This document shows, one piece after another, positions 23,900-36,674 of a DNA stretch of 64,000 bases (positions are counted from its first letter, which is position 1; every line of letters starts with the position of its first letter). Both the position numbers and the translations under genes were made by a program. The stretch comes from Malacoraja senta (lineage: Eukaryota): contig CM075998.1 of NCBI GenBank assembly GCA_038087875.1, positions 4,776,001 to 4,840,000 on the forward strand, read 5' to 3'. The notes beneath the pieces were generated by a model. It did no database searches, was not told where the DNA came from, and saw nothing but the letters and a program-made list of their open reading frames with translations.

Positions 23900-25810
23900 G
23901 CTTTTTAGTTTGGTTCAGTTGAGTTTGGAGATACAGCGTGGAAACAGGCCCTTCGGCCCACCGAGTCCGCGCCGACCAGCGATCCCCGCACACACTAACA
24001 CTATCCGACACACACCAGGGGACAATTTAGTTTCGTTTTAGTTTGAGATACAGCATGGAAACAAGCTGAGTTGGATGATCAGCCATGATCATATTGAATG
24101 GCGGTGCAGGCTCGAAGGGCCGAATGGCCTACTCCTGCACCTATTTTCTATGTATCTATGGCCCACTGGTCAACACCCTAGTCCACGCCAGGATCAATTG
24201 ATTCGATCCTGTCCTCAGATGCTGTGTGTGTGTGTGTGCGTGTAGAGTTTGTACGTTCTCCCTGTGACCGCGTGGGTTTCCTCCGGGTGCACCGGTTACC
24301 TCCCACATTCCAAAGACGTGCGGGTGTGTAGGTTAATTGTCCCTCTGTAAATTGCCCCCTGGTGTGGACGGGTGATCGATGGTCAGCGTGGACTTGATGG
24401 GCCGAAGAGCCTGTTTTCATGCTGTATCCTTCAATCAATAAATCAAGAAACACTCAAATCTTCATCACGAAAAGCAAGGTCTGTGTAGCTTAGTTGAGAG
24501 ATACAGTCAATTAACCTACAAACCTATACATCTTTGGGATGTGGAAGAAAACCGGAGCACCTGGAGAAAACCCACGTGGTCAAACGCCACACACACACAC
24601 ACACAGACAGACAGCACCCGAGGTCAGGTTTGAACCCGCGTCTCAGGCGCTGTCAGGCAGCGGTTCTACCCGCTGCGCCACCGTGTCACGGTATAAGTTC
24701 AGTTTAGTTTAGAGATACAGCACGGAAACAGGCCCTTCGGCCCACCAAGTCTGCGTCGACCAGCGTTCCCCACACACTAACACTATCCTACACACACACA
24801 CTAGGGACAGTTTACATTTATACCAAGCCAGTTAACGTACAAACCTGTACGCCTTTGGAGTGTGGGAGGAAACCGGAGCACCCGGTGAAAACCCACGCAG
24901 GTCACGGGGAGAACATACAAACTCCGTACAGACAGCACCAGTGGTCAGGATGGAACCCGGGTCTCTGGCGCTGTGAGGCAGCAACTCTACCGCTGTGCCA
25001 TCATGCTGCCTAAAAATGTTGTAGTTTCATCCAGAAGCGGTGTCAGTCACAATGGAATATGTCTGCTAGTTTAGACCACTTTACTGGGGTCAATACTGTG
25101 GCTATTTACAGTCACAGGGCAATCTTCCCCCCCCCCTGACTAGATATACCTCTATAAGGCACTCTCAGCTTCCCAAGGTGAAAACCCCATCTTATCTGGC
25201 CTCTCCTTATAACTCAAAACTGGATGAGGATGAGATGAGATGAGATCGGGCGGTCACGGTGGCGCAGCGGTAGAGTTGCTGCCTTATAGTACTTGCAGCG
25301 TCGGAGACCCGGGTTCGACCCTGACTACGAGTTTGTACCTTCTCCCCGTGACCTGCGTGGGTTTTCTCCAAGATCTTCGGTTTCCTCCCACACTCCAAAG
25401 ACGTGCGGCTTTGTAGGGTAATTGGCTCGGTGTAAGTGTAAATTGTCCCCAGTGTGTGTAGTGGACAATTTAATGTGCGGGGATCGCTGGTCGACACGGA
25501 CTCGGTGGGCCGAAGGGCCTGTTTCCGCGCTGTATCTCTAAAATTAACTAAAAGGAGGAATTTCTTCAGCCAGAGGGTGGTGAATCTGTGGAGTTCATTG
25601 CCACAGACGGCTGTGGAGGCCAAGTCATGGGGTATTTTTAAGGTGGGGATTGACAGATTCTTGATGATCAGTCTGGGTGTCAGGGGTTACGGGGAGAAGG
25701 CAGGAGAATGGGGTTCGGAGGGAACGATAGATCAGCCATGATTGAATGGCGGAGTAGACTTGATGGGCCGAATGGCCTAATTCTGCTCCTATCACTTATG
25801 ACCTATGACC
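23900..25810. mobile_element. HE1-like SINE cluster (incl. 24695-25010 -, 25245-25550 +) plus CR1 tails
   Basis: tRNA heads, V-domains and CR1 3' UTRs. Confidence 0.85.
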
Positions 25811-26509
25811 TGATGACCCATCTATGTTCTCCAGAGATGCTGCCTGACCCGCTGAGTTGCTCCAGCTTTTCGTGTCGATCTTCACGTGCTGCCTCAAGCT
25901 GTCTTGTAACGTGGATGCCCTAACTCAGCACCCTGAGCGATGGGTGCGGGCACACCAGACGCCTTCCTCACCGCCCTTCCCCCCCGCGATGCCATCTCCG
26001 TGCCACGCGCTCCGTGCTGGCAGCTGCTGACGGGTTCTCTTTGTCGGGCCTAGTCTTTCCTCTTGCTGTGAGACCAGGCACTGCGATTAGACCAGGGCTG
26101 CGTGTACTGTGCAGAACCCAGACTGGGGGCAGATGGACACTGAACGTCGCTGAGTACATCTGCAGAAGCAGAAGCAGCCAAATACCAGAAGGCCCCAGAG
26201 GTACATCAAACAATCTGCTTCCTGGTGCAAACTGTACTGGAGGTGATGGAGGTGATAGGGCAGGCCCTGGCTTTCTCCTGCTCTGGGCTTTACAACAGAT
26301 GACAGACAGTGTGTTGCAGGCTGCGTCTACACCCTTACAATGGCAGAGGCACCATCTTGCTGCGCTGGTTAGTTTAGTCTCGTTTAGTTTAGTCCTAGTT
26401 TAGCTTATCTTAGATTACCTCAGTTTAGTTTAGTTTGGTTTAATTTTAGTTTTGATTAGTTTCGGTTTACCTCTAGATTAGTTTAACCTACAACCCCGCC
26501 TGCGTTAGA

Positions 26510-26975
26510 GTGTCACGGTGACACAGCGGTAGAGTTGCTGCCTCACCGCGCCAGAGACCCGGTTCCATCCCGTCTACGGGTGCTGTCTGTACGTTCTCCC
26601 CGTGACCTGCGTGGGTTTTCTCCGGGTGCTCCAGTTTCCTCCCACACTCCAAAGACGTGCAGGTTTGTAGGTTAATTGGCTTGGTGTATGTGTAAACTGT
26701 CCCTAGTGTGTGTAGGATGGTGTTAGTGTGCGGGGGTCACTGGTCGGCGCGGACTAGGTGGGCCAAAGGGCCTTTTTGCATGCTGTATCTGTAAACTAAA
26801 CTAGAGTTTCCTCCCACACTCCAAAGACGGTGCAGGTTTTTAGGCTAATTGGCTCCTGTGATATTGTAAATTGTCCCTAGTGTGTAGGAAAGTGCTAATG
26901 TACGAGGTGAACACTGGTCGGCACGGACTTGGTGGGCTGAAGGGCCTGTTTCAGTGCTGTATCTTTCAATCAAAC
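26510..26975 (+). mobile_element. HE1-like SINE plus a tandem 3' half
   Basis: Full SINE to ~26805, followed by a second V-domain end and tail. Confidence 0.85.
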
Positions 26976-27074
26976 ACCAAGAAGAAACCAAATATGTGAG
27001 TTTACTGGAGTTAGTTCCATGGGTAGGGAAGTCAGTGTCAATGCATCAAAGAGGTTTACGGGCATTGCGGACCC

Positions 27075-27420
27075 AGACCCGACCAGACCAGACTAGACTA
27101 GACTAGACCAGACTAGACCAGACTAGACCAGACTAGACTAGACCAGACTAGACTAGACTAGACTAGACCAGACTAGTCCAGACTAGACCAGACTAGACCA
27201 GACTAGACCAGACCAGACTAGACCAGACCAGACTAGACTAGACCAGACTAGACCAGACCAGACTAGACCAGACTAGACCAGACCAGACTAGACTAGACCA
27301 GACCAGACTAGACCAGACCAGACTAGACTAGACCAGACTAGACCAGACCAGACTAGACTAGCCCAGACTAGACCAGACTAGACCAGACCAGACTAGACCA
27401 GACCAGACCAAACCAAACAA
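27075..27420. repeat. (GACYA)n pentanucleotide satellite
   Basis: Interspersed GACCA/GACTA units. Confidence 0.97.
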
Positions 27421-28142
27421 CTAAATGAAGCATCCTCTGTTCACATCCCAGTTTCCTCTCATTAGCACATCTTCCCCAGCCAACAATGGGCCATTGTGGG
27501 CTCCACCCTTCCTGAGGTCATCTGTTGCCGGACCTGATTTGTTCTGGCTAATATAGGTTAATTGGCTTGGTATAAAATGTAAATTGTCCCTAGTGTGCAT
27601 AGGGTAGTGTTAGTGTGCGGGGATCGCTGGTCGGTACGGACTCGGTGGGCCGAAGGGCCTGTTTCCGTGCTGTATCACTAAAGCTAAAACAAAAACATGA
27701 ATCCCCTGCACACAAATATTTGCACAGCGTGGTTTAAGGAGCTCGGTTTTAATCCATCTCTCCCCTCGGTAACGCAATTGAACTTGCAAACTCCTCCCCC
27801 AGACCCAAGTGTCGGAAATGGTTCACGTCAGGCAGTGTGAGATTTGGCAAGGGTGATTTATGGAGCAAAGCCAGCCGATATGTCAGGTTGATGAATCAAC
27901 AGAGCTTGTGCATCTGCTGCGTTCCTGGACACACCGTCAATCAACGGGTGACTTCCCTGCAAACCCCTGGCCACCGAGTGTTATGGATATCATCGACAGC
28001 ACTTAGACGTACCGAGGGATCTTGGGGTCCGAGTCCACAACTTCCTGAACGTGATCAGGTTCGGTCAGTAAAGATGGCGTACGGTACGCTTGCGTTCGTC
28101 ACTCGGGCATTAAGTGGAAGAGTATAAATCACGATGCATAGG

Positions 28143-28552
28143 ACAGACACAAAAACGTTACTCAGCGGGACAGGCAGCGTCTCCGGAGAGAAGGGAATGG
28201 GTGACGTTTCAGGTCGAGACCCTTCTTCAGACTGGAGAGTCAGGGGAGAGGGAGACACAGAGATGAGGAAGGGTAAGGTGTGAAAACGAGATATCAAAAG
28301 AGACGCGGTTGAAGGGAAATGAAAAGCGATCATTGTTAGCTGGGAGAAGGTGACAACAAAGCAAACAGAGATAAGATTTAAGCAGGAGGACAGTCAGACT
28401 GGTGGGAGAACTGGGAATGGGGGGATAGAGAGAGATGGAAAGCAAGGGTTACTTGAAGTTAGAGAAGTCAATGTCCATCCCGCAGGGGTGTAAGCTACCC
28501 AAGCGAAATATGAGGTGCTGTTCCTCCAATTTGCGCTGGGCCTCACTCTGAT
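28143..28552 (-). mobile_element. Penelope-like element 3' end with hammerhead motif
   Basis: Minus strand encodes QSEAQRKLEEQHLIFRLGSLHPCGMDIDFSNFK* (GIY-YIG C-terminus), then UTR, then CTGAAGAAGGGTCTCGACCTGAAACGTC at 28230-28203. Confidence 0.85.
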
Positions 28553-28659
28553 GCAAATTTAAGGGACTTTGCTTAGGCGGCATTCAGAGTATCGCATGCA
28601 GTTTAGTTTAGTTTAGTTTAAAGATACAGCACGGAAACAGTCCCTTCGGCCCACCGAGT

Positions 28660-29102
28660 CAAGAGTTGAGAGTCAAGAGTGTTTTATTGTCATATGTCCC
28701 GGACGGGACAATGAAATGCTTACTTGCTGCAGCTCAACAGAAAGAGTGAATATGTAAACATTGTATATAACGGGGGAAAAAAAAGAAAAAGTTCAATAAA
28801 TAACAAATATAGTGCAAATAACAAATAACAATATAGTCTTTTGCAGTTCAGAGCTCATAGCTTATTCGTGGTGTTTAATAGCCTGATGGCTGTGGGGAAG
28901 CAGCTGTTCCTGAACCTGGACGTTACAGTCTTCAGGCTCCTGTACCTTCTTCCTGATGGCCGTGGTGAGATAAGTGTGTGGCCAGGGTGGTGTGGGTCTC
29001 TGATGATGCTGGCTGCCTTTTTGTGGCAGCGACTACGATAGATCCCTTCGATGGTGGGGAGGTCAAAGCCGATGATGGACTGGGCAGTGGTCACAACTTT
29101 TT
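28660..29102 (-). mobile_element. Rex1/Babar 3' fragment (continues at 38222-38315)
   Basis: ORF 28855-29094 AASIIRDPHHPGH..PSGRRYRSL; split by the L1 insertion. Confidence 0.85.
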
Positions 29103-29180
29103 AAATTTTTTTTAAATTTATTATTTTATTAGAAGCAATGTACATACATCTTAATCATAATATGCAACATATTACATTCT

Positions 29181-32100
29181 GGGACCAGCATTCTGGCAGG
29201 CAGGTTTGCCACTGCTACACGGGTGGTTTTAAACTGAATAAGGGGGGTGGGGTGTCGAATGGGATAGTGGAGGATGGAGTTAAAGGGAAAGGGTTTCTTA
29301 AATGTGTGAGCGTAGAGACAGAGGAGTGTAAAATGAGGGTAGAAGCAATAGGTAGCAAGGTGAAAAGTAAAAGTGGAAGACAGACAAAACCAGGGCAAAA
29401 ATCAAAAAGGGCCACTTTTCAACATAATTGTATAAGGGGTAAGAGTGTTGTAAAAACAAGTCTGAAGGCTTTGTGTCTCAATGCAAGGAGCATTCGTAAT
29501 AAGGTGGATGAGTTGAATGTGCAGATAGCTATTAATGACTATGATATAGTTGGGATCACGGAGACATGGCTCCAGGGTGACCAAGGCTGGGAGCTGAACA
29601 TCCAGGGATATTCAATATTCAGGAGGGATAGAGAGAAAGGAAAAGGAGGTGGGGTAGCATTGATGATTAGAGAGGAGATTAACGCAATGGAAAGGAAGGA
29701 CATTAGGTTCAAGGATGTGGAATCGGTATGGGTAGAGCTGCGAAACACTAAGGGGCAGAAAACGCTGGTGGGTGTTGTGTACAGGCCACCTAACAGTAGT
29801 AGTGAAGTTGGAGATGGTATCAAACAGGAAATTAGAAATGCGTGCAACAAAGGCAAAACAGTTATAATGGGTGACTTCAATCTACATATAGATTGGGTGA
29901 ATCAAATTGGCAGGGGTGCTGAGGAAGAGGATTTCTTGGAATGTATGCGGGATAGTTATCTAAATCAACATGTAGAGGAACCAACGAGAGAGCAGGCTAT
30001 TTTAGACTGGGTATTGAGTAATGAGGAAGGGTTAGTTAGCAGTCTTGTTGTACGTGCCCCCTTGGGCAAGAGTGACCATAATATGGTTGAGTTCTTCATT
30101 AGGATGGAGAGTGACATTGTTAATTCAGAAACTATGGTTCTGAACTTAAAGAAAGGTAACTTTGAGGGTATGAGACATGAATTGGCCATGATTGACTGGC
30201 AATTAATTCTAAAAGGGTTGACGGTGGACATGCAATGGAAGACATTTAAAGACTGCATGGATGAACTACAAAAATTGTTCATCCCAGTTTGGCAAAAGAA
30301 TAAATCGGGGAAGGTAGTGCATCCGTGGATAACAAGGGAAATCAGGGATGGTATCAAAGTGAAAGATGATGCGTACAAATTAGCCAGAAAAAGCAGCATA
30401 CCAGAGGACTGGGAGAAATTCAGAGACCAGCAGAGGAGGACAAAGGGCTTAATTAGGAAAGGAAAAATAGATTATGAAAGAAAACTGGCAGGGAACATAA
30501 AAACTGACTGCAAAAGTTTTTATAAATATGTAAAAAGAAAGAGATTAGTTAAAACAAATGTAGGTCCCTTGCAGTCAGAAACAGGTGAGTTGATCATGGG
30601 GAACAAGGATATGGCGGACCAATTGAATAACTACTTTGGTTCCGTCTTCACTGTGGAAGATATAAATAATCTGCCGGAAATAGCAGGGGACCGCGGGTCA
30701 AAGGAGTTGGAGGAATTGAGTGAAATCCAGGTTAGTCGGGAAGTGGTTTTGGGTAAATTGAATGGATTAAAGGCCGATAAATCCCCAGGGCCAGATAGGC
30801 TGCATCCCAGAGTACTTAAGGAAGTAGCTCCAGAAATAGTGGATGCATTAGTAATAATCTTTCAAAATTCTTTAGATTCTGGAGTAGTTCCTGAGGATTG
30901 GCGGGTAGCAAACGTAACCCCACTTTTTAAGAAGGGAGGGAGAGAGAAAACGGGGAATTACAGACCAGTTAGTCTAACATCGGTAGTGGGGAAACTGCTA
31001 GAGTCAGTTATTAAAGATGGGATAGCAGCACATTTGGAAAGTGGTGAAATCATTGGACAAAGTCAGCATGGATTTACGAAAGGTAAATCATGTCTGACGA
31101 ATCTTATAGAATTTTTCGAGGATGTAACTAGTAGCGTGGATAGGGGAGAACCAGTGGATGTGGTGTATCTGGACTTCCAGAAGGCTTTCGACAAGGTCCC
31201 ACATAAGAGATTAGTATACAAACTTAAAGCACATGGCATTGGGGGTTCAGTATTGATGTGGATAGAGAACTGGCTGGCAAACAGGAAGCAAAGAGTAGGA
31301 GTAAATGGGTCCTTTTCACAATGGCAGGCAGTGACTAGTGGGGTACCGCAAGGCTCAGTGCTGGGACCCCAGCTATTTACAATATATATTAATGACCTGG
31401 ATGAGGGAATTGAAGGCAATATCTCCAAGTTTGCGGATGACACTAAGCTGGGGGGCAGTGTTAGCTGTGAGGAGGATGCTAGGAGACTGCAAGGTGACTT
31501 GGATAGGCTGGGTGAGTGGGCAAATGTTTGGCAGATGCAGTATAATGTGGATAAATGTGAGGTTATCCATTTTGGTGGCAAAAACAGGAAAGCAGACTAT
31601 TTTCTAAATGGTGGCCGACTAGGAAAAGGGGAGATGCAGCGAGACCTGGGTGTCATGGTACACCAGTCATTGAAAGTAGGCATGCAGGTGCAGCAGGCAG
31701 TGAAGAAAGCGAATGGTATGTTAGCTTTCATAGCAAAAGGATTTGAGTATAGGAGCAGGGAGGTTCTACTGCAGTTGTACAGGGTCTTGGTGAGACCACA
31801 CCTGGAGTATTGCGTACAGTTTTGGTCTCCAAATCTGAGGAAGGACATTATTGCCATAGAGGGAGTGCAGAGAAGGTTCACCAGACTGATTCCTGGGATG
31901 TCAGGACTGTCTTATGAAGAAAGACTGGATAGACTTGGTTTATACTCTCTAGAATTTAGGAGATTCAGAGGGGATCTTATAGAAACTTACAAAATTCTTA
32001 AGGGGTTGGACAGGCTAGATGCAGGAAGATTGCTCCCGATGTTGGGGAAGTCCAGGACAAGGGGTCACAGCTTAAGGATAAGGGGGAAATCCTTTAAAAC

Positions 32101-32367
32101 CGGGATGAGAAGAACTTTTTTCACACAGAGAGTGGTGAATCTCTGGAACTCTCTGCCACAGAGGGTAGTTGAGGCCAGTTCATTGGCTATATTTAAGAGG
32201 GAGCTAGATGTGGCCCTTGTGGCTAAAGGGATCAGAGGGTATGGAGAGAAGGCAGGTACGGGATACTGAGTTGGATGATCAGCCATGATCATATTGAATG
32301 GCGGTGCAGGCTCGAAGGGCCGAATGGCCTACTCCTGCACCTAATTTCTATGTTTCTATGTTTCTAT
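29181..32367 (+). mobile_element. CR1 LINE, 5'-truncated at the end of ORF1, ORF2 intact
   Basis: Begins with an ORF1 C-terminus (GTSILAGRFATATRVVLN*); intact ORF2; (TTTCTATG)n tail. Confidence 0.95.
29333..32269 (+). CDS. CR1 ORF2: APE endonuclease + reverse transcriptase
   Basis: Motifs LNARSI, TETWL, YRPP, GDFN, SDH, NYRPVSLTS, LDFQKAFD, GVPQGSVLGP and FADD with no stops. Start set at the first in-frame ATG inside the element; the true start is uncertain. Confidence 0.93.
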   Translation: MRVEAIGSKVKSKSGRQTKPGQKSKRATFQHNCIRGKSVVKTSLKALCLNARSIRNKVDELNVQIAINDYDIVGITETWLQGDQGWELNIQGYSIFRRDREKGKGGGVALMIREEINAMERKDIRFKDVESVWVELRNTKGQKTLVGVVYRPPNSSSEVGDGIKQEIRNACNKGKTVIMGDFNLHIDWVNQIGRGAEEEDFLECMRDSYLNQHVEEPTREQAILDWVLSNEEGLVSSLVVRAPLGKSDHNMVEFFIRMESDIVNSETMVLNLKKGNFEGMRHELAMIDWQLILKGLTVDMQWKTFKDCMDELQKLFIPVWQKNKSGKVVHPWITREIRDGIKVKDDAYKLARKSSIPEDWEKFRDQQRRTKGLIRKGKIDYERKLAGNIKTDCKSFYKYVKRKRLVKTNVGPLQSETGELIMGNKDMADQLNNYFGSVFTVEDINNLPEIAGDRGSKELEELSEIQVSREVVLGKLNGLKADKSPGPDRLHPRVLKEVAPEIVDALVIIFQNSLDSGVVPEDWRVANVTPLFKKGGREKTGNYRPVSLTSVVGKLLESVIKDGIAAHLESGEIIGQSQHGFTKGKSCLTNLIEFFEDVTSSVDRGEPVDVVYLDFQKAFDKVPHKRLVYKLKAHGIGGSVLMWIENWLANRKQRVGVNGSFSQWQAVTSGVPQGSVLGPQLFTIYINDLDEGIEGNISKFADDTKLGGSVSCEEDARRLQGDLDRLGEWANVWQMQYNVDKCEVIHFGGKNRKADYFLNGGRLGKGEMQRDLGVMVHQSLKVGMQVQQAVKKANGMLAFIAKGFEYRSREVLLQLYRVLVRPHLEYCVQFWSPNLRKDIIAIEGVQRRFTRLIPGMSGLSYEERLDRLGLYSLEFRRFRGDLIETYKILKGLDRLDAGRLLPMLGKSRTRGHSLRIRGKSFKTGMRRTFFTQRVVNLWNSLPQRVVEASSLAIFKRELDVALVAKGIRGYGEKAGTGY

Positions 32368-32679
32368 TTCTTGTACAACTTTTTTTTCCCCCTTTTTTGG
32401 AAACTTTAACCTATAATAGAAAAGGAGAAAAGAAAAAAGAGAAAGCAGAAAAGAGCGAGGATAGTAGTGAAGTGTAGTCCGCAGTAGTTGGCGTTAAGTG
32501 AATGATAATGGTTAAGTAGTCTGCGTGCTAGAAAATGTGAAAAGAAAAGAAGAAGAAAAAAAGGGGGGCCTTAAGAAAAAAAAAAAAAATCAGTAAGGAA
32601 TCTAAAAAAAGGTAAGGCTAAACAAGAAGGAAAGGGAATGTGTCTAATTCCTGAGGGTTCACACCCATCACCTAGTTCT

Positions 32680-33445
32680 AATAGAATAGAATAGAAGAAT
32701 GCTATTTATTGTCATTCAAACCGAGGCTTGAACAAAATATCATTACTACAGTTTTTTACATTACAAAAAAACCCAAGACCCACACTTAACACAGTTTACA
32801 CAAACATCCATCACAGTGAGTCTCCAACATCTCCTCACTGTGATGGAAGGCAAAGTCTTATCTCTTCCCTTTATTCTTCACCCGCGGTCCAGCAGTCCAA
32901 CTGCAGCGTCTAGGCGAACTGGGGCTCCGATGTTAGAGCCCCCGGCGGACGATGGTAAGTCCCGTGGCCGCTAACCCGCGCCGGGCGATGTCAGGCCTCG
33001 CTCCGTGTCCTCCAAACTTCGCGATTCCAGCGGGAGAAGTTGCCGTTGCAGGAGCTCCGAAAAGCCGTCTCCCACCAGGGACCTGGAGCTCCCGATGTTC
33101 CTGTCCACCGGGCCTGCAGCCGGAGCTTCCGAAACTCCAGAGTCAGGTCGCAGCTGCGCGCCACCATAGCTCTCCCCGCTCCGAAGCCGGCCAGCTCCGC
33201 GATGTCAGGTCCGCAGGTCCACGACTGGAGCGCTCAGGTTGGTCACGGCCGGAGGCCGCCGCCGGCTCCACGATGTTAGGCCCAACGACATCGGAGACCT
33301 GACAAGGAAAAAGTCGGGTCCCCGTACAGGGAAGAGATTAACGGTTTCCCCAACATCCCCCCCTCCACCCTCCACATTGACACAGCTAAAAAATAATAAA
33401 AACTAAGCTCAAGGCATACATTTAACAAGACAAAAAGTAAATTAA
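32680..33445 (-). mobile_element. GC-rich non-autonomous retroposon inserted in the L1 3' UTR
   Basis: GACAATAAA and (TTCTA)n tail on the minus strand; hairpin at 32808-32846; GC-rich body. Confidence 0.6.
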
Positions 33446-35977
33446 AAAAAGTCGAGTATTGTGTTGCACCATATTACACCCATAACAAATTAATGAAAGG
33501 TGACCATAAAAATTGTCACCTTTCATTGATTCTTAAAAATTGCTCTTGTTTTCCTGCTAGAACGTCTCATTTCCTCAAGATGTAGTGTTTCCGACATATT
33601 TGTAATCCACATTTTAAACGTTGGGGTGGGAGCGTCTTTCCAGAATTTAAGTATAGGTTTTTTTGCCGTTATCAAACCATAGTTTAATAAACATCTTTGA
33701 AATGTAGTGAGTTTGGAACAGGCTTTCATTGTTCCGAAAATAATCAATTCTGTATTTGGGTACAGTCTTAATTTAAATATTTTTGAAAAACTTTCAAAAA
33801 TTTCCTTCCAGAATTTCTGAAGTTTTGCACAGGAGACAAATGAATGTGTTATTGTTGCCTTGAGTTAGGCACTTATCACAGATGGGAGAGACATTTGGAA
33901 TTTTTTTATTTAATTTTGTTTTTGAGTAATATAATCTGTGTACAATTTTAAATTGGATCAATATGTGTCTAACGTTGATCGAACATTTATGTATATATAA
34001 CAAATAGTCTTCCCATCTGTCCTTGGAGATATCTATAGACAATTCTTGTTCCCATTCTTTCCTTATACCTTCTGTCGAAGGTATGTCTATATTTAAAATA
34101 GTATTATAAAAATACGATGTTGTGATCCAATTCTGCCTGTCTATTCATGCATTGTTCTAAAGGGTCCAACTTCAAATTTTGATAATCTTTTGAATGTTTT
34201 TTCAAATAATCTCGGGTTTGTAAATATCTAAAATATTGGTTACTTTCTAAGTTGTATTTAAGCTGTAAATCTTGGAATGGTAAAAAATTTCCCGCTTCAT
34301 ACAAATCTTCCCAAGTCTTAATTCCTAATCGTTCCCAGAGAATAAATGTTTTGTCAATAGTCGATGGTTTAAATGTGGGGTTGTTAGCTATCGGTGAAAG
34401 AAGCAAAAGATTTCTTAGTTTAAGAGAGGATTTTATTTGTCTCCAAATTCGTATTGTACTGTGAATCATCGAGTTTCTATTATATATTGTGTTTTTCAGT
34501 TTTATTGGTGAGAAAAGGATCGCTCCTATATTAAAAGGAGTGCAATCCTCCTTCTCCATTATTGTCCATTCTAACTGTTGTGTTGAACTGTCTAACCAAT
34601 ACATTATATTTTTAATATTCACTGCCCAATGGTAGTACATAAAGTTGGGAAGTGTAAGTCCACCGTATTCTTTGGGTTTACATAAATGTCTTCTTTGAAT
34701 TCTATGGGATTTATTGTCCCATATGAAATTTGAAATGTATGAGTCAATTTATTTAAAGAAGTTTTTAGGTATGTATGTAGGTATTGATTGGAATAAATAT
34801 AGTATTTGTGGAAGAAAAATCATTTTAATGGCATTAATTCTGCCTATTAAGGACATCGGTAGGGTTTTCCAAAATTGGATCGACGTTTGTATTTTAGTAA
34901 ATAAGGGCAAGTAGTTTGCGTTAAATAGGGATTTATGTTTTCTAGTGATTTGAATACCCAAATATTTAAATCTTTCTGTAGTAATTCTAAAGGGGTATTT
35001 TAAAAGATGTGTTGACTCTTGAGGTTTTATCATCATTATTTCGCTTTTATTCCAATTTATTCTGTATCCTGAAAAGGAACCAAATTCTTCTATTAAATTT
35101 AATACATTTGGTATACTAATGTGTGATTTTGTAATGTATAGTAATACATCGTCTGCATATAATGATATTTTATTATTAGAGTTTTTAGTGTTATAACCAT
35201 GAATATTAGGGTGCATTCTTATGTTTTCTGCTAAGGGCTCTATCGCCAGGGCAAATAGAAGTGGTGATAAACCACATCCCTGTCTATTGCCCCTGAATAG
35301 TTGAAATTTCGGGGATAGTATATTATTAGTCAGTATTCTAGCCGTGGGCTTATCATATGGTAATTTTATCCATAGGATAAAATTATCTCCCATTTGAAAT
35401 TTTTGTAATACTTTAAAAAGGTATACCCATTCCACCTGATCAAATGCTTTTTCTGCATCCAATGAAATAATTGATAAGTCTTCCTCTTCTATCTTATATG
35501 AATACATTATGTTAAAGAGACGTCTCAAATTATTAAACGAATGTCTCTTAGGTATAAACCCCGTTTAATCCGGGTTTATTAATTTACTAATATATTTACT
35601 TAGTCTTCTTGCTAAGGTTTTAGCTAATATTTTCTGATCTGTATTTAATAATGCAATGGCTCTATATGACCCGGGGTGTTCTAATTCTTTATCCTTTTTA
35701 GGTATTAGTGTTATAGTCGATTCCGCCAATGTTTCTGGTAATTTCTGTTCTTTGAATGCATATATGTAAAGTTTCTGTAGACGTGGAGAAATTGTTTCAT
35801 AATTTTTTTTATAGAATCCATTATTAAATCCTGGTGTTTTACCGTTCTTCAAAGACTTTATTGACTCTTCTATTTCTTTAATTGTAATTTGAGCTCCTAA
35901 TTCTTCCTGGTCCATCACATGAAGTTTTGGGAGATAATATTTTTCCAAAAAGTTTGTGATTTTGACATTATCCATCA

Positions 35978-36674
35978 TTGACATTGACACCAACATCCTC
36001 AGGACTTTCTACAGGGGTACGGTGGAGTCTGTACTCACGTACTGCATAAATACGTGGTACTCCACCTGCAACTGCTCGGACAGGAAGGCTCTGCAGAGGG
36101 TAGTGAGGGGAGCAGAGAAGATCATTGGCGTCTCCCTACCTTCGGTACAAGAACTGTTCCTGAGCCGCTGTCGGAAAAAAGCCCAAAAATTTGCCAAGGA
36201 CAAAATGCACCCCCTCCACATACACCTGGATCTCCTGCCATCAGGCAAGAGATATCGCAGCATCAAAGCCCGGACTACAAGACTGCTAAACAGCTTCCTG
36301 CCATATGCTGTGAGGCTGCTAAACAGCCACTCTGTACTCACAGTCACCTGATTCTGCGGCTTGGCACGGATACTATAATAACTGGCACTGGCCACTTCAA
36401 TAACTGGCACTGGCCACTTCAATAACTGGCACTGGACACTCAAATCAGCCACCCCGGACATGTTTATGATTGGTCTCACTGTACTTTAACGTTGTTTGTA
36501 TCTATTTTAACTTATACTGTTCCATCAGGGACTGTGTTGTTATTATTATGTGTGAAATGTTTTAAACGTCATGTGCGATGCTCCGGTATTCCCTGGGAAA
36601 CGTCTTTTCGTTTTGCACTGCACAACTGTTGCTTGCAAGATGACAATAAAGGAATTGAATTGAATTGAATTGAA
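35978..36674 (+). mobile_element. Rex1/Babar LINE 3' fragment inserted in L1 ORF2
   Basis: LRTFYRGTVESVLTYCINTWY...HPLH..LLPSGKRYRS; GACAATAAA and (ATTGA)n tail. Confidence 0.9.

Noticed and set aside
29138..29332. N-terminal extension of the 1043-aa ORF
   Set aside because: The ATG at 29138 lies in the antisense L1 tail, outside the CR1; the next codons are an alternative frame of the ORF1 end.
29215..32292. Antisense ORFs over CR1 (e.g. 31063-31581) and similar shadows elsewhere
   Set aside because: Reverse-frame shadows of the RT ORF.
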